A stretch of 20,000 nt of DNA, from IMG/VR virus record IMGVR_UViG_3300010233_002389; one strand, 5' to 3'. Position numbers and translations under genes: made by a program. Numbering within the stretch: position 1 is the first letter of the stretch; every line of letters begins with the position of its first letter. This document shows positions 1 to 6,839 of this stretch, piece by piece. This stretch comes from an uncultured virus (IMG/VR IMGVR_UViG_3300010233_002389). Its lineage: Duplodnaviria; Heunggongvirae; Uroviricota; Caudoviricetes. Under the pieces are notes generated by a model. That model saw nothing but the letters and a program-made list of their open reading frames with translations. It searched no databases and was not told the DNA's origin.

Positions 1-42
1 ATTCATTATTCGCTCCAGCAATTGTAATTTATTGGTAATAAA

Positions 43-58
43 GATATATAATATATAC
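43..58 (+). promoter_or_regulatory. Putative promoter element upstream of tRNA genes (GATATATAATATATAC)
   Basis: GATATA core begins 18 nt before the tRNA 5' end. The same core recurs at 3879, 10407, 17698 and 19669, 16-18 nt before tRNA starts. Confidence 0.5.
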
Positions 59-60
59 AC

Positions 61-143
61 ACTAACGTGGTGGAATTGGCGAGACACAATTGACTTAGAA
101 TCAATCGCTTAAGTGCATGAGAGTTCGAATCTCTCCGTTAGTA
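61..143 (+). tRNA. tRNA-Leu(TAG)
   Basis: Acceptor ACTAACG/CGTTAGT; anticodon arm ATTGA-CT TAG AA-TCAAT; long variable arm; T arm GAGAG-TTCGAAT-CTCTC; A73 followed by CTA. Confidence 0.95.
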
Positions 144-159
144 CTAGGAAATAAAGACA

Positions 160-621
160 ATGGCAATTGTAGATAAAGACTTACTAAAAAAACTAAAGAA
201 AGAAACAGGGCTTGGTATGAATGAATGCAAAGCTGCGCTTGAATCTTTAGATAACGATTATGACGGCGCCCTTCATGCCCTTGAAGAAAGAGCCCGAGAA
301 AAAGCCGAGAAGCTTGCGGGTGCCGAAGCTTCCGAAGGAGTCATTGCTTCTTATGTTCACCATGACCGTAGAATCGGCTCTATGGTAGAGCTTAACTGTC
401 AAACAGACTTCGCTGCTCGCTCAGAAGAATTTCTAGCATTTGCTGATGAACTTGCTTTGCAAATTGCGGCAACCAACCCTAAGGATATTATAGAATTGCA
501 AATGCAAGAGTCTATGTTCCAAAGCGGCAAAATAATTGAATATTGCAGAATTGAACTATCTGCTAAAATTAAAGAGAATGTAGTAATAAAGAGAATTCAT
601 AGGTTTGCATTATCAGAATGA
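160..621 (+). CDS. tsf: Translation elongation factor Ts, short form
   Basis: N-terminal LKKETGLGMNECKAAL; EGVIASYVHH..RIGSMVELNCQTDFAARSEEF (TDF motif); C-terminal KIKENVVIKRIHRF. Confidence 0.93.
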   Translation: MAIVDKDLLKKLKKETGLGMNECKAALESLDNDYDGALHALEERAREKAEKLAGAEASEGVIASYVHHDRRIGSMVELNCQTDFAARSEEFLAFADELALQIAATNPKDIIELQMQESMFQSGKIIEYCRIELSAKIKENVVIKRIHRFALSE

Positions 622-1139
622 AATATACTAAGGAATTATTAGAAGAATTAGTAAAAGATTGTTTTTCGGTTCATCAGGTTATGAAAAAGCTTGGATTGAA
701 ACTTACAGGCGGATCGCATACTCATTTATCTTCCAGATTGAAAAAATATAATATAGATATTTCACATTTTACTGGTAATGCTACAAATAAAGGAATTAAC
801 CATAAGTGTGGTAATTTGCCTTTGCATAAAGATAAAATATTAGTTTTAGACAGATTGAATGGAAGGCGAGAATCTTCATTTAGATTAAGAAGAGCAATGG
901 TTCAGCACGGCATTCAAGAAAAATGTAAAAAATGCAAATTAGAATCACTATGGAATGGTAAGCCACTTAAACTACATATAGATCATAAGAATGGAAATGG
1001 TTGTGATAATAGACCAAATAATTTAAGATTCTTATGCCCTAATTGTCATTCGCAAACAAGTAATTACGGCGCTTTGAATATAAAAAAAGTCAACGTGGTG
1101 GAACGGCAGACACAATTGGCTAAGAACCAATCGCTTTAA
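618..1139 (+). CDS. HNH homing endonuclease
   Basis: CxxC..WNGKPLKLHIDHKNG...DNRPNNLRFLCPNCHSQT. The stop codon lies inside the downstream tRNA. Confidence 0.92.
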   Translation: MKYTKELLEELVKDCFSVHQVMKKLGLKLTGGSHTHLSSRLKKYNIDISHFTGNATNKGINHKCGNLPLHKDKILVLDRLNGRRESSFRLRRAMVQHGIQEKCKKCKLESLWNGKPLKLHIDHKNGNGCDNRPNNLRFLCPNCHSQTSNYGALNIKKVNVVERQTQLAKNQSL

Positions 1140-1170
1140 CAGCATGAGAGTTCGAGTCTCTCCGTTGGCA
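1089..1170 (+). tRNA. tRNA-Leu(AAG)
   Basis: Acceptor GTCAACG/CGTTGGC; anticodon arm ATTGG-CT AAG AA-CCAAT (AAG at 1122-1124); long variable arm; T arm GAGAG-TTCGAGT-CTCTC; A73. Confidence 0.93.
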
Positions 1171-1186
1171 CGAGTTAAATAATATA

Positions 1187-1501
1187 ATGAGAAATAAAAT
1201 AAAGAGAACTCATCGCTCAAGCTTCAAGCCAGTTGGCACGGCAACCCTAGCTAGAGAAGACCTTCGTAGCAATAAGATTAAGGTCAAGGGGCGTCCCACA
1301 ATAAAGAAAATATTAACTAAAGAGCTAGGTAAGGAAAAAGCCCAAGAGTTAATAGAAAGCTTTATAGACGACCTTCTAGATAAATATAAAGGCATTATGC
1401 CGTCTGGGTCATCTTCGACATATAGTAGTAGAAGCGATTTTGGCGGGCATAATTATAATTGTACTGCCTGTGGACATTGTGGATATAATCATTTAGGATA
1501 A
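1187..1501 (+). CDS. Hypothetical protein, basic, with C-terminal Cys/His cluster
   Basis: 104-aa ORF filling the gap between two tRNAs; HNYNCTACGHCG. Confidence 0.7.
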   Translation: MRNKIKRTHRSSFKPVGTATLAREDLRSNKIKVKGRPTIKKILTKELGKEKAQELIESFIDDLLDKYKGIMPSGSSSTYSSRSDFGGHNYNCTACGHCGYNHLG

Positions 1502-1505
1502 TATT

Positions 1506-1590
1506 GCTGTGGTGGCGAAACTTGGAAGACGCGAAAGTCTCAAAAACTTTTGCCCTTTAGGGCGTGAGGGTTCGACTCCCTCCCGCAGCA
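1506..1590 (+). tRNA. tRNA-Leu(CAA)
   Basis: Acceptor GCTGTGG/CCGCAGC; AAAGT-CT CAA AA-ACTTT; variable arm GCCC-TTTA-GGGC; T arm GAGGG-TTCGACT-CCCTC. Confidence 0.95.
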
Positions 1591-1614
1591 CAATAGAAAG
1601 AAAGAAAAGACATT

Positions 1615-2007
1615 ATGGTTTGTAGACACTCTGCTGATGACCCTAATTGTAGCTCTCACCGCAATTATATTGTAGACCCCTATAAATATCCTAGCTCATT
1701 ATCTTCCGAAACACCCGAAACACCTGATTCATCAAAATACACAATTGAAGACGCCAAGCGAATAGGCGCCCATCTTGTACTTAAAGTAAAATACCCCAAT
1801 TGCTTTAATTGTTCTTATGAGGGCAATAAGATTATGGTATTTCTTAATGTTACCGAGATAGACGTTTTGAAGTGGAAAAAGATAGACCCTCATTTCCGTG
1901 ACCCAAAGCGTAAAGCCGTTAATGAAGCTCCTAGTCCAGCGGCTAGATTCCCTGGAAGTCCTGAAGGATGGTCAGACGCCCTTGCTTATGCTCAGGGTAA
2001 ATGCTAA
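1615..2007 (+). CDS. Hypothetical protein
   Basis: 130-aa ORF, purine-rich upstream sequence, co-oriented with neighbours. Confidence 0.75.
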   Translation: MVCRHSADDPNCSSHRNYIVDPYKYPSSLSSETPETPDSSKYTIEDAKRIGAHLVLKVKYPNCFNCSYEGNKIMVFLNVTEIDVLKWKKIDPHFRDPKRKAVNEAPSPAARFPGSPEGWSDALAYAQGKC

Positions 2008-2024
2008 TTTAATTACATACATGT

Positions 2025-3002
2025 ATGAAATCAGCTGACCCAATATTATCCTTAGCACATAAATACATGCTTTATTCATCCGCTGGCAAAAGAAACATCG
2101 ATAAGCAAAAACTTAATAGCCTAAGAACATTTGATGAACGTGTTGAATGGTTGACTAATGAGGGTTTTGATGTACTTGGATTTGGTACAGGTAGACTTGT
2201 AGTTTTAGTTAACCAGCGCAAAGTTATTAAGCTAGCAATGAATGAAAAGGGCGTTGCTCAAAACGAAGCAGAATTTAATGTATTAAGTAAAAACAAAAGC
2301 GAATGGTTTCCTAAAGTTTTTGATAAAGCTCCTGATAATTCATGGATGGAAGTTGAATTAGTAAAGACATTAGAGTCTATGGACGCAGTATACAAGCGCC
2401 TAGGCACTGATAAATTAACTTTCGAATGTGTAATGGAAGTAACGGATAATATAAATGACAAGTCAGTTCAAACTGCCTTAGAAGAAAATTTAGTATTCTA
2501 TGAAAATTGGATAAATAGCAGAATCCAAGAATCCGAAAAACTTACCGAAGACAGATTGGCGGAATATAAAAAAGAACTTGCTGAACGCACTAACTTAAAT
2601 CAAATTAGACAGGCACTAGCTAATCCAAAATTAATCAGCTTATTTCAGGCAATAAAAGACTTTGATATTCCCGCAAATGAATATAGAAAGGACCCATCAC
2701 ATTTTGGTGTCACTGGTGATGGCAGGTTAGTTATTACAGATGCCGGTTTAACTTCAGATGTGTTTAATAATCATTACTATAAATCACCATTTCAACTTCA
2801 TAATGAAAAAGAAAAGGACCATGATGATGAATATTACTCAAACATGAAACCTCCTTTTAAATATACACATGAATCAGACCCAACTTATGTAAGCAAAGAT
2901 CCTAAAAATACTTTGCCTCCTCCAGACCCACAAGCCCCTGCGCCTCCCAAAACTACCCCTAAGCCAGTCAACAAAAATGATATAATGTTTTTAAAACCAT
3001 AA
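2025..3002 (+). CDS. Protein kinase-like fold protein with Pro-rich tail
   Basis: LGFGTGR Gly loop, VIK lysine, QNEAE helix-C glutamate, FPKVF, and LVITDAG at the DFG position. The catalytic loop is divergent. Confidence 0.7.
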   Translation: MKSADPILSLAHKYMLYSSAGKRNIDKQKLNSLRTFDERVEWLTNEGFDVLGFGTGRLVVLVNQRKVIKLAMNEKGVAQNEAEFNVLSKNKSEWFPKVFDKAPDNSWMEVELVKTLESMDAVYKRLGTDKLTFECVMEVTDNINDKSVQTALEENLVFYENWINSRIQESEKLTEDRLAEYKKELAERTNLNQIRQALANPKLISLFQAIKDFDIPANEYRKDPSHFGVTGDGRLVITDAGLTSDVFNNHYYKSPFQLHNEKEKDHDDEYYSNMKPPFKYTHESDPTYVSKDPKNTLPPPDPQAPAPPKTTPKPVNKNDIMFLKP

Positions 3003-3003
3003 A

Positions 3004-3168
3004 ATGAATCAACACGATAGAAAATATATTTACTTGCCATTTGATATTTTTCCACCTACACTTGTCGAAGAAGAGCCTAAAGGTATGCCCTTCGATATTA
3101 GTATTCCAGAAACGCCTGACTATATAGAACCAGCTCATCCTGATTTAGGTATAGAAATAATATTTTAA
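3004..3168 (+). CDS. Small acidic Pro-rich hypothetical protein (54 aa)
   Basis: MNQHDRKYIYLPFDIFPP...GIEIIF*; exactly fills the gap between flanking ORFs; below the ORF-track cutoff. Confidence 0.6.
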   Translation: MNQHDRKYIYLPFDIFPPTLVEEEPKGMPFDISIPETPDYIEPAHPDLGIEIIF

Positions 3169-3780
3169 ATGTCTAATGTAAAAAATATAGAAGACGCTCG
3201 CAAAGAACGCGAGATGAAAAAAATATTGGACGCCATTATTGATGACCTAGGAGTCGATGCTGAACGCCTAGGGATTATGATTGCTGCTGCCCCTGATGAC
3301 ATCCGTGAAGCCGTCTCGGAAGCTATGGAACGTTATGAAATCTATAATGAACTAAAACAAATAAAGGCACAAGAAGACGAAGCCGAAGGAATCCCAGCTG
3401 ACGCCTGTTATAATGGAGTTTGTCCAAAACACAATCAAAGTCATTGTGATGATGGTCCAATGTGTGCTCAAGGATGTATTTTTAGAATGGTACAAACGCC
3501 TCCAAGCGATCCCTTCCAAAAGCTTCCTTCACATGCCGAAGCCATTAGAATGCTTCAAAGATTGGGCGAGCTGAAGCCAGATGATTTTGGAGCTTGGAAT
3601 GGAACAGACTTTATATTTCATGAAAATGTAAAAGATCTATGGAAAGCATATATTGACTTATTGGTCGAGACTGGTAAGATAAATAATTCAATATTTACAC
3701 GAAGTGATGGAACTGAAGTTGAAGATTTTGGCGAAAAACAAAAACAAGCAAAGCGTGCACTAAAGGTACTAAAGAGATGA
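3169..3780 (+). CDS. Hypothetical protein with central Cys/His cluster
   Basis: 203-aa ORF; CYNGVCPKH...CDDGPMCAQGC. Confidence 0.75.
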   Translation: MSNVKNIEDARKEREMKKILDAIIDDLGVDAERLGIMIAAAPDDIREAVSEAMERYEIYNELKQIKAQEDEAEGIPADACYNGVCPKHNQSHCDDGPMCAQGCIFRMVQTPPSDPFQKLPSHAEAIRMLQRLGELKPDDFGAWNGTDFIFHENVKDLWKAYIDLLVETGKINNSIFTRSDGTEVEDFGEKQKQAKRALKVLKR

Positions 3781-3875
3781 AGGGTTTACTACTTATTGTT
3801 ATAGTTTTCTTGGGATGGGCATTGCTTAAGGTATTAAGCTTACCTACAATTCCAAATAATCGCGACGAGGAATAA
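3777..3875 (+). CDS. Small single-TM peptide (32 aa)
   Basis: ATGA overlap with the upstream stop; MKGLLLIVIVFLGWALLKVLSLPTIPNNRDEE*. Confidence 0.5.
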   Translation: MKGLLLIVIVFLGWALLKVLSLPTIPNNRDEE

Positions 3876-3894
3876 TACGATATAGATAATACAT

Positions 3895-3968
3895 CCAGTA
3901 CGATGGTCCGGTATGACCTGGAAACTCTGATAAAGTTTTCGTGACAAGTTCGACTCTTGTGTGCTGGA
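3895..3968 (+). tRNA. Atypical tRNA-Ile(GAT)
   Basis: Acceptor CCAGTAC/GTGCTGG; D arm GGTC-CGGTAT-GACC; GGAAACT-CT GAT AA-AGTTTTC; T arm ACAAG-TTCGACT-CTTGT; A73. Confidence 0.75.
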
Positions 3969-3987
3969 CCCTAGAAAGACATCTTTA

Positions 3988-4494
3988 ATGAAGCCATCCA
4001 TAATAGTCAGAGGCGAAGAGTCTGAATCGGAGACTTATGCTGGTAAATTATTCCAATACCATGCTGAGTTTGATAAATACCTTCGAGATAATTTTTCGTC
4101 AGAATATGTTACAAAGATGGAAAATCTTAAAGGCTCAAGTTTACGGGAATATCTTATAACTATAAAAGAAGCAAAAGCCAAGACTGTAAAAAGAATCATA
4201 TCCGCAACTCATTCCTGGGTACCAGAAATGAAAGATTTTTTTCGACATGGCAATTGGCATAGTGTTCCTTTTAGATGTAAAGTATGTAAGTATGAAGCTG
4301 GCACATATGAATATGCGGATGAATTAACTACACCAATAAAAGTAGAAGATAATATTCCAACTCAAACTAAGCATGGAACTTTAATTCATTTTACTTGTCA
4401 AGAAGTACAGAATAGAAGGTCTGATAGTAAAAAGCTTAGATATAAGAAATGTTGGACATGTGGCGTTTTTGGATGCCCTTGGTACATGATATAA
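3988..4494 (+). CDS. Hypothetical protein with two CxxC motifs
   Basis: The track start at 3961 lies in the tRNA, so ATG 3988 is more plausible. CKVC and CWTC motifs. Confidence 0.7.
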   Translation: MKPSIIVRGEESESETYAGKLFQYHAEFDKYLRDNFSSEYVTKMENLKGSSLREYLITIKEAKAKTVKRIISATHSWVPEMKDFFRHGNWHSVPFRCKVCKYEAGTYEYADELTTPIKVEDNIPTQTKHGTLIHFTCQEVQNRRSDSKKLRYKKCWTCGVFGCPWYMI

Positions 4495-4513
4495 TAATAC
4501 GGCATACTGATAC

Positions 4514-4586
4514 GGTTTCGTGATGTTAATGGCTAGCATGACTCTCTCTTAAAGAGCCTGAGTGAGTTCGAATCTCACCGGAACCA
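4514..4586 (+). tRNA. tRNA-Lys(CTT)
   Basis: Acceptor GGTTTCG/CGGAACC; CTCT-CT CTT AA-AGAG; T arm GTGAG-TTCGAAT-CTCAC. Confidence 0.88.
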
Positions 4587-4603
4587 CTGAAAGTAAGAAA
4601 ATT

Positions 4604-4795
4604 ATGGCAATAGGCGACAAATGGGGAAATATAAAGTGCCCCAAATGTAATAAGATTAAATTGCACGTCTGGCACTTCGCTATGGATGATAGCTATAGTG
4701 ATTCATCATCTGGTGGCGCGTGTAAAGCTTGCGGCTTTAAGCCAGATAAAACCGATTTAGGTAAGTATCTATCAAAAATCAATGGACGAAATTAA
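4604..4795 (+). CDS. Small zinc-ribbon-like protein
   Basis: CPKC...CKAC; start moved to ATG 4604, outside the tRNA. Confidence 0.65.
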   Translation: MAIGDKWGNIKCPKCNKIKLHVWHFAMDDSYSDSSSGGACKACGFKPDKTDLGKYLSKINGRN

Positions 4796-5468
4796 ATTTA
4801 AAGAATACCAAGAGCGTTTTCGCACTGCCGCATCGCGTCATGATGGCAATTTAATCGAATTGCCTAATGGTGGAACTATATTTACCAAGGGCAAAAGACA
4901 CCGAGACCATCTCTCAATTATGAGCGGCGTTCATGGAGATGAGCGAAGCGGTCCATTAGCTCTATTAAGATGGTTAGAAGAAACTGAGCCTGGTAAACTA
5001 ATCAATAAGTATACTACCTTATGGATTTGTCCACTCGTAAATGATGATGGCTGGGATAAAAAAAATAGACTACATAATGGTTTAGACCTTAATCGTTCAT
5101 TTACAAATGAATTGGCTCCAGAGTTTCTTAAGGTTATTATGGAAAGCCTTAACAACACCAACAATCCTTTAGGCAATAGATTTAGTACATTTTTTGATTT
5201 ACATGAAGATGATGAAGTTAATGTTCCGTTCTTATTCCATTGTATAGAAAATAGTATACAGGATGTCCATACTATAGCAAAATTATTAGATGCAAAGGTT
5301 GAGCTATGGTCAACTGAAGATAATAAGTGGGATGGCTCCAGCGAAACATATGTACGTAGTATAAAGTATAGTTGGGCTATGACGCTTGAAGCAACCCCAT
5401 TCTGGGAACTAAATAAAAGAATTGATTGGTATATGAAATTTTTAAACTACTGTAGTCGTACTTGGTAA
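4782..5468 (+). CDS. M14-type zinc carboxypeptidase / succinylglutamate desuccinylase-aspartoacylase family protein
   Basis: GVHGDE (HxxE), PLVNDDG, DLNRSF, DLHE and C-terminal TLE catalytic Glu. Confidence 0.85.
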   Translation: MDEIKFKEYQERFRTAASRHDGNLIELPNGGTIFTKGKRHRDHLSIMSGVHGDERSGPLALLRWLEETEPGKLINKYTTLWICPLVNDDGWDKKNRLHNGLDLNRSFTNELAPEFLKVIMESLNNTNNPLGNRFSTFFDLHEDDEVNVPFLFHCIENSIQDVHTIAKLLDAKVELWSTEDNKWDGSSETYVRSIKYSWAMTLEATPFWELNKRIDWYMKFLNYCSRTW

Positions 5469-5503
5469 CATGTCTAAAATAAGGCATAAACCATAAAGAC
5501 CAT

Positions 5504-5872
5504 ATGACAATTATAGAATTCGTGTGTGATATAATCCCGAAAAATACAAAACCTGAATATTGTATCAATGGCAAAGATGTAATTATTCCAATGGAAGAAT
5601 GTACATTTAGCTCTGCCGATGAATTCAAAGATATATTCAATAAGTTCTCATCTATACTCGAAGGTAGCATTACACAATACCCAAAGGTAGTTGTATTTAT
5701 GGTAATTGAAACCCCTACAATATCATTTGCCAGCCATACTGTAAAAACTAAAGTAGGCTTCTATGCAAGTACGGATGAAGAGGCATTTGAGGGGATGGAG
5801 CGAGTTGATGACAGCCGTTGTCCTAAAATTATACAAGAAAGTTTTAACAAATTATTATTTTTGACGAATTGA
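5504..5872 (+). CDS. Hypothetical protein
   Basis: 122-aa co-oriented ORF. Confidence 0.65.
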   Translation: MTIIEFVCDIIPKNTKPEYCINGKDVIIPMEECTFSSADEFKDIFNKFSSILEGSITQYPKVVVFMVIETPTISFASHTVKTKVGFYASTDEEAFEGMERVDDSRCPKIIQESFNKLLFLTN

Positions 5873-5878
5873 GATATT

Positions 5879-6109
5879 ATGGAAAATCCTGCTTATTGGA
5901 CCGAACTTCATTGGAAAATTCATAGAGTTGGCTATGATATGGAACACACTTCACGTGCAAAAGAAATTACAAAAATCTTGCAAGATGAAGGAATGCCTGG
6001 TACACTAGAAGAAGTAATACAACTCATACAGGCACATAATGATGAAATAGAAGAAGGTATATGTGGGCACTCATTGCCAGCAAAGATAATTAATTATTAT
6101 ACAAAGTAA
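5879..6109 (+). CDS. Hypothetical protein
   Basis: 76-aa co-oriented ORF with GAGA upstream. Confidence 0.65.
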   Translation: MENPAYWTELHWKIHRVGYDMEHTSRAKEITKILQDEGMPGTLEEVIQLIQAHNDEIEEGICGHSLPAKIINYYTK

Positions 6110-6114
6110 AATTT

Positions 6115-6207
6115 GGGACTGTAGCTTAGACGTAAAGCGCCTGTAAAACGATGTAGCCTCTTAGCAGAGGTTCGGAGATGAAGAATCGACCCCTTCCAGT
6201 TCCACCA
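6115..6207 (+). ncRNA. tRNA-Ala-like RNA lacking a canonical anticodon arm
   Basis: Acceptor GGGACTG/CAGTTCC (G3:U70), A73, encoded CCA; U8A9; D arm GCTT-AGACGTA-AAGC; T-like arm GAAG-AATCGACCC-CTTC; the central region carries hairpin AGCCTCT-TAGC-AGAGGTT. Confidence 0.8.
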
Positions 6208-6209
6208 AT

Positions 6210-6494
6210 ATGCTATTAAATCAAATAGGCAAATCAGAAAACAAAATAGTTGTTTCAGGAGTATTCAAATTCTATGAAACTCATGGGCTTCCTTTATCAG
6301 ATATTCTATTTGGCATAAATAATAAGAATGGTTTACCTGATTTTCTATCTTTCTATATAGAAGCTAGAAATGCTGGAATGAAACATTCTAGAGTTCTAAG
6401 TATTTTAGAAGAAGGTCTAAATGATTCTACAGTTTATCCAAATGAAAGCATAACAATAATACTAGAAAGATTAAAGTCGTTGAATGACAAATAA
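6210..6494 (+). CDS. Stand-alone protein resembling the AlaRS helical tRNA-recognition segment
   Basis: FKFYETHGLPLSDILFGINNKNGLPDFLSF aligns without gaps to the AlaRS motif F[KR]LYDTYGFP-x15-D-x3-F. No catalytic domain is present. Confidence 0.65.
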   Translation: MLLNQIGKSENKIVVSGVFKFYETHGLPLSDILFGINNKNGLPDFLSFYIEARNAGMKHSRVLSILEEGLNDSTVYPNESITIILERLKSLNDK

Positions 6495-6663
6495 ACTATT
6501 AGCGGCATTCATATCTATATTAATTGTTTATATAGCATTGTGGATTTTTTGTTTTTGGTATCGCCCATGGTTCGCATTTGCAACCATTCCTGCTATATTT
6601 ATACAATATTTTGTTTATAAATTATTATTGAATAAGATAACAAAGAAAAGTTTTTATTTATAA
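6484..6663 (+). CDS. Small membrane protein (59 aa, about 2 TM)
   Basis: MTNKLLAAFISILIVYIALWIFCFWYRPWFAFATIPAIFIQYFVYKLLL...; below the track cutoff. Confidence 0.55.
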   Translation: MTNKLLAAFISILIVYIALWIFCFWYRPWFAFATIPAIFIQYFVYKLLLNKITKKSFYL

Positions 6664-6665
6664 AA

Positions 6666-6839
6666 ATGTTAAGCTTGCCCAAAATAGTATTATATATTAT
6701 GTTAATTGCTATAATGCAATTTATAGTTGTAACAGTTCTTCCAAAGCCAATAAATTTATTGGCAATTATGGCAGTTTTCTTTGGACATTTATATTTATTC
6801 AGATACCTAATTGATAATACAAAATTACTACATAAATGA
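6666..6839 (+). CDS. Small membrane protein (57 aa, about 2 TM)
   Basis: MLSLPKIVLYIMLIAIMQFIVVTVLPKPINLLAIMAVFFGHLYLF...; stop overlaps the next ATG. Confidence 0.55.
   Translation: MLSLPKIVLYIMLIAIMQFIVVTVLPKPINLLAIMAVFFGHLYLFRYLIDNTKLLHK

Noticed and set aside
3894..3968. tRNA-Sec or tRNA-Pyl
   Set aside because: The anticodon is GAT and there is no long variable arm; only the geometry is reminiscent.
3961..4603. ORF-track starts at 3961 and 4562
   Set aside because: Both GTG starts fall within tRNA genes; the downstream ATGs at 3988 and 4604 are more plausible.
6136..6152. tRNA-Tyr reading via CT GTA AA with a long variable arm
   Set aside because: The flanking bases do not form an anticodon stem and would overlap the D stem, and the acceptor carries Ala rather than Tyr identity.
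6115..6207. tmRNA (ssrA), given the Ala-type acceptor ends
   Set aside because: It is only 93 nt, has a paired D stem, and has no tag reading frame or pseudoknots.
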